DNA of 64,000 nucleotides from Macrostomum lignano (Eukaryota): NCBI GenBank assembly GCA_002269645.1, contig NIVC01000555.1, positions 244,482 to 308,481 of the forward strand, read 5' to 3'. Shown piece by piece: positions 12,673 to 23,441 of this stretch (position 1 is its first letter; each line of letters starts with the position of its first letter). The notes under the pieces were generated by a model. It saw only the letters and a program-made list of their open reading frames with translations, ran no database searches and was not told where the DNA came from. The position numbers and the translations under genes were made by a program.

Positions 12673-14418
12673 ATGGCTAACAGCATTGACGAGGCCGCAA
12701 TTGCAATTATGGAAGGTTCCCTGTTTTCACCAACGATGGCAGCGACAGTGAATATGTGAGTGTCGATGAAGAGTTGCTGGACGAGGAAGATGGTGAGAGT
12801 AATCCAGAAGCATGAGTAATGCGGGCATAGAGTCGAGTTTGTCAACGAGAATGAATGGACAGCTGCTCAAGATGGTGAAGATTCGCGTCTCAGCGATCTG
12901 CCCGAATTCCTCGCTGTGCCTGGCCTGAACCCGGACATTCAAGCACAAGCTTCTGAAGGTAAAATGGACCCAGGTGCAATTCTATCTGCAGCACTTTCTC
13001 ACCGCTGATCTGGTGTCTGCCATTCGCATCTGGACCAACGCCCGAGCTGACATGGAGCTTCAACATTTGACAGCTGAAGATCAGGACGGATCTCTTCCCA
13101 ATTTGCTATCAACTTGGAGACCGTGTACCGACAATGAGGTGAAGAAGTCTCTAGCAATCGTTCTGTACATGGGTCTTGTGAAGAAGCCCGAAATGCACAT
13201 GTTACTGGTCCACGGGTGACTTCTACGGTGGCGAATACTCCCAGAAAGAACATTGCCTTGGAAGGGATCGGTTTGTGCAGATATGATCATGCCTTCGATT
13301 TTACGACTGCACCACCGTCAACCACCAGGACTCCTTGAAAAAGATTAGACCTTTTCTTAATATTGCCTGCAATATTTGCCAAGCAAATTACAGCCCAAGT
13401 CAAGAGGTGTCTGTCGATGAAGAACTGGTCAAGTACAAGGGCAGGCTCATGTTGGTTCATGCCCAACAAGCGTGCCAGATTCGGCATCAAGGTCTACTGC
13501 TTGACGAAAGCTTCGACAGGTTTTCTGTGGAACTTTCATGTACGACTTACATGCTGCTAAGCAGGATAACGACAAGTTTGGAGATATATTAAACTGCGGT
13601 AGTTTGTCGATGAGCGAGAAGATCGTCGAATTGAGTAAAAAATTGCTGGACCTGGGGACAAGGTCTTCTGTGACAGCTGGTTCACATCGCTCCGTCTGGC
13701 GCAGTTTCTGCTGGAACGCAGTACTTTACTGACTGGGACGGTGAGGCCCAATTGAGGTGCGCCGAATGAGCTGAAATTGCTGCCCCTGCAACCCATCAGT
13801 CACTCCCAGATGCGCCGCGGCGATGTTCTCGGAGTCAAGCTGGTAGACAGGAAGGCAAGCGGTCGCAAAACTGTGTACCTGTTGGACACGCACGGTGTTG
13901 CTGAAAGCACGGAAGTGAGGCAAGTGATCCGAGGCGGAGCGGAGGAGTCAGTTTTAAAGCCGAATTCGGTGCTGCAGTACAATAAGAACATGGGAGGCGT
14001 TGATCGCCTTGACGCAGCACTGCAGCCTTACAGTGCGGGGAGAAGAACCTACAGCTGGCACCAGAAGCTCGGGTTCCACATTTTGCTTCAGTTGGTTCGC
14101 AATGCCTGGATCTGCAATTGCCAAGAAGGAAGCGATATCAAATTCGTTGAACTTTTGGAAGCTGCGATCCGCACTCTCATGGAGCAGACAGGCCGGGGCA
14201 AACGTCTGAATACACCGAAGAGCAGGGCCGTCTCATAGCACGCGCCATCGAAGCTGCTGCCGACAGATGCCAATGCGAGGCCGACAAAGCAATGCAGAGT
14301 CTGCTACAGCAATGGTGTGGCCAAGAGAACGGTGTTCGTATGCGCTGGTTGCGCAGGAGAGCCCGGGCTGTGTGCCGTCCCATGCTTTCAGAATTGGCAC
14401 ACTGCAGCAGCACAGTAG
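12673..14418 (+). pseudogene. Decayed piggyBac (PGBD / DDE_Tnp_1_7) transposase
   Basis: Fragments across frames: acidic N-terminus; WRPCTDNEVKKSLAIVLYMGLVKKP; KIRPFL...YSPSQEVSVDEELVKYKGR; FMPNKRARFGIKVYCL; CDSWFTS; KPNSVLQYNKNMGGVDRLD...RRTYSWHQKLGFHIL; C-terminal Cys-rich domain CRVC...CAGCAGEPGLCAVPCFQNWH. It has multiple frameshifts and stops. Candidate right end AAAGGG|TTAA at 15385-15394. Confidence 0.9.
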
Positions 14419-15501
14419 TTGCACTGGTGGTACGGTGCAAAACTTAATTACCTTCAGAATATGAAATTCAAAACACTCCTCCTTAATGCCTCATCAATGC
14501 ATTAAATATTGTTTACCTAATTGTTTTTTGTTTTGTTGTTGTCCTTTTTTAAAGTTTTTGCTATCTATCCTGTACTTGCAGTCAAATATGTAGGTAAAAA
14601 ATTACAAAAATAACATGGAATACTTTCTATTTAGGGAAACTATATTTTGTTGTCTGTTTGTTAACTTTAGAGAAAAAGTGATTCTTTCACTTTGCAAACA
14701 TCTTTGTCCGTGACAATTTTAGACGAATAAGGTGATTTTTAAAAGTGAAGAAGGAATTGGTGTGCTTTTTTATTGTTTTCCATGAACTATTTTTGCTCCT
14801 TTCTTATTGGGCGCCCCGAAGGGGGGCCGCACCAGATTGCTAGTTTATGCTAAACCATCTAGGCCATAGACACGTATTCTCAGTGTATGGTTAAATGAGA
14901 CCCATGGCACGCCTGGCGTCCCATCAGTGTTGGGGGGGGGGGGGGGTTAACCCCCAAATGCTCCTGAGGCCGCAAACCCCGAGAAAGGCAAGGAAATTTT
15001 TACTGCCACATTAAATTTTGGCGACACTGGGCAGACAAAATACTGAAAATAGTAGACGCTCTACTTTTTTCGCAGCTTTAATTGCGAGGTATACATATCC
15101 TGGCGTTATTTTTAGTATCTGTCAGTAATAGTCATATTTAATGTACGAGTAATTAGTACACCAAATAGAATCAATTATAAATGTGGGAATTTTGCTAGCA
15201 TATGGATGAACAAATAAGAAGGGTTCCTCAAAATCAGGAGTAATTTCCCCTTGATCAATTTCTATTGGTTGCTAAGTTTGTTGATTCTGACTTTGTAATC
15301 CCCCTATAATGAATATTGGGTAATATTCGAAAATTGATTGAATGCAGGGAAATCTAGCTAATGCTCATAAATAAAATTGCTTCCAAAGGGTTAAGAGTAC
15401 ATTTAAGTAGTAAAATAGTGAGTAAGGATCCACTACGTAGTTTAAACGCCCTTAATTACAGTCAACACGGCGGCAAGGTACCAAACTGCGAAGTATATTT
15501 G

Positions 15502-16472
15502 TCAGGACGAATCGTCTCGTGACCTGAGTCTGGCCAGCTCCATCTTAAGACTCTTCATCTCTTCGTCTTTTTCTCGCTCCTTGGTTATGATTAGCTCGCG
15601 TTCTGCCGCCAGTTGGATGTTTTCCAGCCTGAGCTGGTCAATCTCCTGGTCTCTCTTGTGCACCATGCTGTAAACTTGGAGCACGTGTTGCAGTGAGTCG
15701 ATGAGCTCCTCGTTGAGCGAGATCGGTCCCAGGCGCGCCTGCCGCTCCAGGGCTTCGAGTGCGCGGTGGCAGGTCTGGAGAGCGGCAGCAGCCTCACTAA
15801 GCACCCCCGCTTTCTTTGTCAGCTCGCTGGAGCTCAGTTTGGTTACGTAAGCCGTCCGAATGCTGTAACTCCCAAGGCAGTAGCTCCACCAGCTGCAGCA
15901 GCAATGAAACTGCAGGAGAGGCCAAGGATGGCAGCAACTCCAGACAATGCCGTGGCTAGGCCGTAGCCCCACCGTTTCCAATTCGTAGCTTTTTTGTCGG
16001 ACTCGCTTGACTCCTTCTCGACCTCGGCGATTGTGCTAGAGAAAAACTCCCGTAGCTTCTCCATGCTAACTAGGAACTTCTTCATCTCCTCCAGGTGCTG
16101 CTTCGAGATGGCAATAGAGTTGTCCAGCTGAGTCTGAATTTCACTGACGTCGGCTTCCGTGATCTTGCCAGATTTGATCATCCGCGTCAGGCACTTCTCA
16201 ACAAACTGATGCTGTTCCTTTAGCGGAACTCCAGTTCGGCTTAGCTCGTCGATTTTCGTCTTGCATTCTTTGAGCTTCTCCTTGCCTAGTTGGAAACTAA
16301 TCGAATCGAGCTCCGTTATTTGCTCGCATCGGACGTGAAGGTCCTGTAGGCCTTCTTTTATCGTCTCCATCTGCCTGACAGCTTCGGCGACCTTGTGAGT
16401 GGCGTCCAGCACTATGCTCCAGCATGCCAGATTTTTTGCCATCTCAGCCGATGCCTCACTTTGATTGGACAT
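15502..16472 (-). CDS. Intronless coiled-coil protein with a hydrophobic hairpin (about 323 aa once one frameshift near 15855-15865 is repaired); paralogue of 17688-19625
   Basis: Overlapping ORFs 16472-15843 and 15981-15502 join with one added base (…GVTAFG/TAYVTKL…). The product has a helical N-terminus, WKRWGYGLATALSGVAAILGLSCSFIAAAAGGATALGVTAF, and a heptad-rich C-terminus. Confidence 0.7.
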
Positions 16473-17687
16473 TGTCGCTTGATTGTTTCAAGCCTAGGTG
16501 TTGCAAGTTCAACTTACAGAGTACACCCGGATATCAATTTATTTTACTTAATCTGTTCTGTAACTTTAAAATTGCTGCAATAGACAATATATACGCTCGT
16601 ATCAAATTAAATTAACTCCGCTGAAGGAAAGAAAACTATTTTCTGTACATTTAAGATAAGCGTAATCTAGTTAAAGATCTGATAAACAATATAGTCTGAA
16701 TTCATTTTCAGTCGCGCGCTGTTCTGGTATTTATGCATTAGGCTTGTAAACTGTGGGCTGGGCATTATACTCCGCACGGACTCTTCTACAAGCTAAGAAC
16801 AGTGCATTTTGTGTTGTGTTTGCACTCAGTACTGGGTGCAGGGGCGCCAGTAAAGACGCGGCTCATCACGGTTGTTGACTTCAGAAGTCACACGGCGGAA
16901 CTGCAGAGATTCGACCAAGACAATTCGTCCTGCTCTAGCAACCTTGCAAAAAACACCACGGTTTCCATCGTAACTGGGCTAGCGGCTTGCGCTTGGGCTA
17001 TGGTAAAAGCATATTGCGAAGCTCACGAGTGTCTATAGTCCTTGTCAGTGTGTAATAGCTCGTATATTTATGCATTGTAATACATGTACGATCCAGCTCC
17101 AGCGTGCATTAAACGCTAAAAGCCCGCTTAAACGGCTCGTGAGCGCGTATTGGCAAGAAGTAATTTAACACAATATACATGTATATCGTGATTACTCATT
17201 TAATTCGGCAGTCATGTGCTACACAATCTAACATTGTCAGAACTTAAAGAGATGTTGTCACGATGAAGGTACTTTTTCGAAATTGACATTAGGAACTTCA
17301 TACCAATGTATCCAGTTAACGGTATTCTTTATGTAGCTAATACAGAAATTACATGTTAGATTTATGAGACAAAAAGCATTAGCAGCGCGGCATATGCATG
17401 ATGAAAAAACTTGTTCAATGTGTGCTTTTCCAGAAAAAGCCTGCGGAATTGCCGCGGAAATTTCACCGCGACTCCTTTCTGCGGTTTTTCCATGGAATTG
17501 CCGAGGAAAATCCGCTAAAATAAGTAACTAAATTTTTACAGACAGGTTGCTTCATCGGAATGCCTACACGATTTCAAAGTTTTTAACTAATAAATCTACA
17601 TAATTTTTAATTATAAATAAGTATAAATAAGCTAAGTTAAAAAATTGTTACTATTACTGAAGCTACTAACTGCTGACGTTTGATGAC

Positions 17688-19625
17688 ATGTCAGACAATC
17701 CAAAAAAGTTGAAAAATCTCAAGAAGTGTTTGCGCGCTGTGCATAACGAAAACCGCGAGATCTCCAGAGCAACTGCGACTGTAAGTGAAACCAAGAAGTT
17801 TATTGATGAATTTTATCAGTCGCTGAAGCTACTTGCAAAAGAAGAATCTGGTACACCAAGAGATGGCAACTATGAGGAACTACTGCTTCATCTGCAGAAC
17901 GGTGTGAAGGAAATTAAGATTATTTCTTCCAGTATGAAAGCTATGAAGCAACATCACGTGCCAATTGAATCCGACCTCAAACTCACCGTATTTTCTAAAA
18001 GAGATTCACGAAAATCCGTCCAAACAAAGAAGACTACTGCGGCAGTTATTAGCAACAAACTGCAGGAGTCGAAAATTCTTGTCGAAGGTATCGCGGACTC
18101 AATGAGGTTTTTCCAGCAGCAGTTAGAAAGAGCAGACAAAGTGCTTGAGCAGCTCATCAAAGCGCTCCAAGATCAGGAAGACGTCCTAGAAAATCGTGCG
18201 AGTTGGCGTCGATGGTTGGGATATGGGGGCGCAGCAGCACTCGCAGCCTTTACCATTGGCTACATCTACTTTGCTTGGCCTTTGAGTTTTTCAACTTTTT
18301 GGTCGAGCAGCTCCAATCCAACAGTCGCTACCTCTTCGTCTGCGCCTGTAGAAAAATTAATAAATTGCGCTGCCACATCCGTTGATACTGCTGTAGCTTC
18401 TCAGCCAGTTGAGACTGCTCTGGCAGTTTCTGCTGCCGATAATGCTGCTGTAGCTTTAGCTTCTCAGCCAGTTGAGACTGCTCTGGCAGTTTCTGCTGCC
18501 GATAATGCTGCTGTAGCTTTAGCTTCTCAGCCAGTTGAGACTGCTCTGGCAGTTTCTGCTGCCGATAATGCTGCTGTAGCTTTAGCTTCTCAGCCAGTTG
18601 AGACTGCTCTGGCAGTTTCTGCTGCCGATAATGCTGCTGTAGCTTTAGCTTCTCAGCCAGTTGAGACTGCTCTGGCTTTTTCAGCTGCCGATAATGCTGC
18701 TGTAGCTTTAGCTTCTCAGCCAGTTGAGACTGCTCTGGCAGTTTCTGCTGCCGATAATGCTGCTGTAGCTTTAGCTTCTCAGCCAGTTGAGACTGCTCTG
18801 GCAGTTTCTGCTGCCGATAATGCTGCTGTAGCTTTAGCTTCTCAGCCAGTTGAGACTGCTCTGACAGTTTCTGCAGCCGCTGTTGTTGGAACTGCTTCTG
18901 TTGTGACGACTACAATAATGCCAGCTGCAGCCGGAATCGCAGCCGTCGTGGGTCTTTCGTGGTATACATACAAAGAAGTTGGCCAGCTAGTGAAAGCGGC
19001 GCAGGAAATTCAGAAAGTTAAAGCAAAACTTGTCTCCTCCAAGAAAAAATTAAGAGCTCAGCTTGAAAATTTTCAGGAGATGTCATGTATGAATATTGAA
19101 AGTGTAGCCAAAAGTCTTGAAGTAGACCTTGGACTTTGTGATGAGCAAAAGCTTCAGGACCAGCTCCAGAAACAAGTGGAGGAACTCCAAGCGGCCCAGA
19201 ATGATACTACTCAGAAGCAGGTGGTCCAGAATGAGGCAGCTGAGAAGCTAACAGTACAGCTCCAGGCCATCCAGAAACAAGTGGAAGAACTCAAAGCTGT
19301 CCAGAATGAAACTACTCAGAAGCTGGTGGCCCAGAATGAGGGAGCTCAGAAGTTAGCAGTACAGCTCCAGGCCATCCAGAAACAAGTGGAAGAGCTCCAG
19401 GCGTCCCAGAATGAAGCTACGCAGCAACAAGCGGCCGAGCTTCAGGTGATTAAAATCAATATGGCCTATCTGGAGGCGGCCGTGGACCGCACGGACGCAG
19501 GTTCCGAGCTCAGTGAACCATCAAACAGGAATGGTATTCCGCTAGAGAAGAAACGAAATATTATGCCGCCCCCAGGTATTAACGAAAGCAACGATCATAA
19601 TGGCTACGAGAAAATTGCTGAGTAA
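17688..19625 (+). CDS. Intronless 645-aa coiled-coil protein with two hydrophobic segments separated by a 21-aa tandem repeat
   Basis: Intact ORF. Hydrophobic segment 1 is WRRWLGYGGAAALAAFTIGYIYFAW and segment 2 is AAGIAAVVGLSWYTY. The C-terminal coiled coil contains three copies of a 35-aa (105-nt) unit starting at 19167, 19272 and 19377. Confidence 0.85.
   Translation: MSDNPKKLKNLKKCLRAVHNENREISRATATVSETKKFIDEFYQSLKLLAKEESGTPRDGNYEELLLHLQNGVKEIKIISSSMKAMKQHHVPIESDLKLTVFSKRDSRKSVQTKKTTAAVISNKLQESKILVEGIADSMRFFQQQLERADKVLEQLIKALQDQEDVLENRASWRRWLGYGGAAALAAFTIGYIYFAWPLSFSTFWSSSSNPTVATSSSAPVEKLINCAATSVDTAVASQPVETALAVSAADNAAVALASQPVETALAVSAADNAAVALASQPVETALAVSAADNAAVALASQPVETALAVSAADNAAVALASQPVETALAFSAADNAAVALASQPVETALAVSAADNAAVALASQPVETALAVSAADNAAVALASQPVETALTVSAAAVVGTASVVTTTIMPAAAGIAAVVGLSWYTYKEVGQLVKAAQEIQKVKAKLVSSKKKLRAQLENFQEMSCMNIESVAKSLEVDLGLCDEQKLQDQLQKQVEELQAAQNDTTQKQVVQNEAAEKLTVQLQAIQKQVEELKAVQNETTQKLVAQNEGAQKLAVQLQAIQKQVEELQASQNEATQQQAAELQVIKINMAYLEAAVDRTDAGSELSEPSNRNGIPLEKKRNIMPPPGINESNDHNGYEKIAE
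18396..18878 (+). repeat. Coding 63-bp VNTR (ASQPVETALAVSAADNAAVAL, 7 full copies plus 1 partial)
   Basis: Near-identical 63-nt units starting at 18396 and recurring every 63 nt up to 18837. Confidence 0.95.
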
Positions 19626-20342
19626 GTTTTTGATCAGCCTCTGCGATTTTGGAGAGCCGAGCCTTTAAATGAAATATGACTTACTTAACGTTTGCATGTT
19701 TTCTAAGCTCTACTCATCGACTCTCTCGATCAGTTGTAAACCGATTGATTGCATTACTCGGCATTGTAGCTACTAACAACATTTTTCCCAATCGAAACAA
19801 TTTTATTTATTTATTTATTTAAACAGTGTTAGGCGGAGGTTAAGTAACTTCCGGTTCCAAGGATAGTAACAATTCCGGTACTTCAGTTACCGGTCCTTTC
19901 TAATTTTAAAGAACCACCAATTAAAAAGTGCTCAAACATTCCTTTTTGAAAAACCATAAAACATGTGTTGATCCAGAGTTAAACATGCTGTTATTCCTCA
20001 AATAAAGATGTTTTACATAATATTTTTTTATGATTATCGCATCCAAAATTAGAGTGAATAAAGAAAACCTTTTACAAAACAAGAATTAGCAGTATATCAG
20101 GGCGTACGCTGCACTTGCGATTCGTAGAAAAAAATTTGGAGGCCGATCTTCAAATATTTATTCTGACTCAAATTCAGAAGTATCGCATTCTGGTACTTAT
20201 ACCTAAGGTAATGTGGTAGGGCTCCTGAAATTCATCGGTAATTACGCGAATTATTATTTATTACTAATGACTCAAGTGAGAATACTAACGTGCGCAATTG
20301 ATTCACTGGGAACTCTTGCACATGCGAAAACTAATAGGTTAC

Positions 20343-21618
20343 TGTAACGTTGTGCCAAGAGGCCTACCAGTTGTTTTAGTGCACTCATTCTGCGGGTATA
20401 TAAATACCGCGCGCACCAATTTGAATTTGAACGCTCGCGCTCTTGACCCTCGCTCTTTTTCCGCGCTTGTTCTTGTAGGCCCAGAGTTGCCTCGTAGCCC
20501 GGACTGTGTGCTCCAGTGTAGTATTGCCTTGTAAGATCGGCCCGGTGTGCCTGACAAACTATTAGTTCATGGCTAGTTATTAGTAACTATTGAGTCTTAG
20601 TTGAGCACTGCTCCTAAGTACTAAGTTAGGTTAGCCAAACTAAATCTTAGCTCTAACAGACTGTGTTAGTAAGGATACAGGAGGCCGAGCTTATCTTTGT
20701 GTTTTTGTCTTTTAATTTTGTTAAGGTAAATTATCATTTTCTGCTGGTGCGCTAGTTCCAATATTTGCTAATTTATCGTTTAATAATTACAATTGATGTT
20801 CGTTAAATTAATGTTCAATTTAAGTTCAAGCGCTAATTCAATTTATTCAAATCTGCTTTAATAGCGGTTTTGGCTCAGTCATTTTAATCATAGCTTCGAT
20901 TGGTGGCAGCGAACTACCTTTCGTGACATATTTAGTTTGGGAATTGATTATCGATACATTGGGGAACGTAACTTATCAAGAAATTATTGGCATTGCTCTA
21001 TCAGACCATCTCAGGGTACCGCTCTTCGACTGGTGCAAAATAAGCAGTTCAGCCTTAGGCCAATTCTCGGAAAGCTACCGAAAGTTAAAGTTATTTGGGA
21101 CTCTTGTCCACCCGGAAATAGAGGAACCAGTCACTCCGCTCACTAAGAGTTCGCGGACAAGAGGTCCGTCTGAGCAAGGTCAGATACTGAATCATCAGAG
21201 TGCTAGAGTGCGTGAGAGTCATAGTCTGCCGACAAACAAAGACTCTAGGAACCACGAGGCCCAGAGAAAAATTATAATTCCGCGGACCATAGGGCCCATA
21301 GGAAATTATAGGGCACTCGCGACAGGAGGTCCATTGAGCTCTGCACCGGAATTAATATTATTGGTAGAAACAGCGTTGGGATTAACAACGTGAATTTATT
21401 AACGAGTATCAACCCTTCTACACTTGGTGTCTTTGCGGTGGGATCTGCTAGCCAAGCCGTCAAGTTTATTTAATCAAAGACCGTTTACATTTGGTAGCGA
21501 CGGTGGGATTAGCAAAGTGCAGACTTATTAACGATCAAGGACCTTTTACAATTGGTGTCTTAGCGGTGGAATTTAGTGGCTACCACCGGAACCGTTTGAT
21601 AAAAGCCCACCTGTTACA
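20343..21618 (+). mobile_element. Solo-LTR-like element (Ty3/gypsy-type ends) containing a PBS array
   Basis: Begins TGTAAC and ends GTTACA, with a TATA-like TATATAAATA near 20397-20406 and tRNA-Leu-like PBS motifs at 20901, 21362, 21425, 21492 and 21553. No clean direct TSD was found. Confidence 0.6.
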
Positions 21619-23441
21619 GTAATAAGCAGTACAAAAAATGGATGTATGGAGATTATTTTTTCCAATAGGTATGTCACAATGAGTAGAATACTTCAGACGA
21701 CTTTAGTTTGTGTGGGTAATTCTCGTCGCCCTACTAGAATTGTGCTGTAGTTTTACAGCAGCTATACTTTTACAGCAGTGTAAGTATACTTTTGTACTGC
21801 TGATTCATTTAGAATCAATGATAATCTTCTGCCAGCCTTGGAAATACCAGTTAACAATTAAGAAAAACGATACCAGGTCAACAAATAGCTGCAATTAGAT
21901 AGATGGACCAATGCAAAAGACTTTAAATAACTTGATTAGTGCCTTTGCGTTGCAATTAGAAAATTATAATTAAGATCAATGCATCCATGTCCCGAATCGC
22001 TTTATATTTCTTCTGTGTTTATTGGGCTTCCCACTAAGTCGGAGGGCTACTACGAGTATGATCGATAGTTACGTTGGTAGTATGGCTACGTAGCTAGAAA
22101 ACCACCATACTGTGCCTTATGCTTCATAAATGCCGGTGAAAAATAGAAACTTTCTTAATAAAAAACGGGTGAAAAAGGAACGACCCAGAGCTATAAGACA
22201 TCAATGTGGTTAAGTATTTATAGAGCGGTAACTACTTTCTGCAGCGCTAAAATACGGCTCGTACTTTATTTATTTCCATCTTCTATTTATTTATTTTATT
22301 TTATGTTCAAAATAATGCTTAATAACGAAATAAAAAACACTCGTTTAACACTTTTATTCTCAAAAAAATAATTTTCGCTGTTTTTTGCAATTGCCAATGC
22401 TTCACTAGTTATTCAACAAAATGTTCTTTTCTGTTTGTAAATCATTTAATTGTACAAATCATTTGTATTGGGTTGTTCTGTAGAAAAAATAAATTGAAAC
22501 CAATCATTGATACAAATCAAAATTAATGGAGAAAAATTGCTCACACGTTTACTGGTCATTTTATTCCTAAAAAAAGCTGTTTCGAATACATTCTTTGCTA
22601 AAAAATTACATTTGCAGAATCATACTTGGCCAAAGCATCTAAACTGTGAACTTTTACTGTCAATTTGTGCCTGCTAGTGGGTTTCTTTGCTTCCTCCATT
22701 TGAAAAGCAAGAATTTTTCTCTTACTGACTTCGGGGATCGAACTTGAATAGTTCAGTTGTCATGGTGACCTGGCGATTCATTGCCACATACTCCAGCTTT
22801 GCTTTCGGTGCGCGTACACTTATTCAGCGTTTATTTTCTTAGAAGCTAAAAAACAGAATGCCCCATTTAACGTGGCTTGTAAAACGGTTCAGTAAATGTA
22901 CAGTACCTCCAGCATGCATGCACTAACACCAAATGTGCATGCACATTCACCTATTCCACTTACCTTAATAGACGAAAACAATCGTATAAGCAAAGGGCTT
23001 TCTATTTCTGAGGCTTATAGCATAACGTGGGTAGACTTGGGTAGTGGATAGATGCTTCTAAAAGAGACGTCCATAAAACGGCAGTAAATACCAGCCGACA
23101 GTCTATCACGAGTTCGAGATTGACTTTAGTATCCAAATTTTTAGTAAGAGATTTCACGGAAGTTGACCTGACCAAGGAATAGATGAGCTTACTTTAATAT
23201 ATTTGCTTCGCGCGGCCACTTTGCTAGCTTCTCTCATTGCGCGATCCATCATGATTTACATGAAATTTAGGTTTTTGTTTTTGGAAAATATCGATCATCT
23301 TGATAGTGAAGCATAATAAAATTTTGCTAAAATTATTTACTAATTACGATATTGCTCGGAAGTAGTAATACGCTTGTATCTAATTCTAATAAATAAGAGT
23401 CGCTAATCAAAAATTTCCAAAATTTTCAATGTTTCAAGACA

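Noticed and set aside
14925-15029. Possible MITE with CAGTGT…ACACTG ends
   Set aside because: The TIR is very short and I found no target-site duplication.
17440-17520. kappaB-like motifs (GGAAATTTCA, GGAAAATCC) between the divergent coiled-coil genes
   Set aside because: They are imperfect matches inside a small local repeat and cannot be told from chance.
20923-21393. 156-aa ORF as gag
   Set aside because: No capsid or zinc-knuckle motif, and it lies within the LTR-like element and runs into the PBS array.
21340-21618. CRISPR-like repeat-spacer array
   Set aside because: The context is eukaryotic, there are no cas genes, and the repeats are degenerate and match tRNA 3'-end complements. 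It is reported as a PBS array instead.
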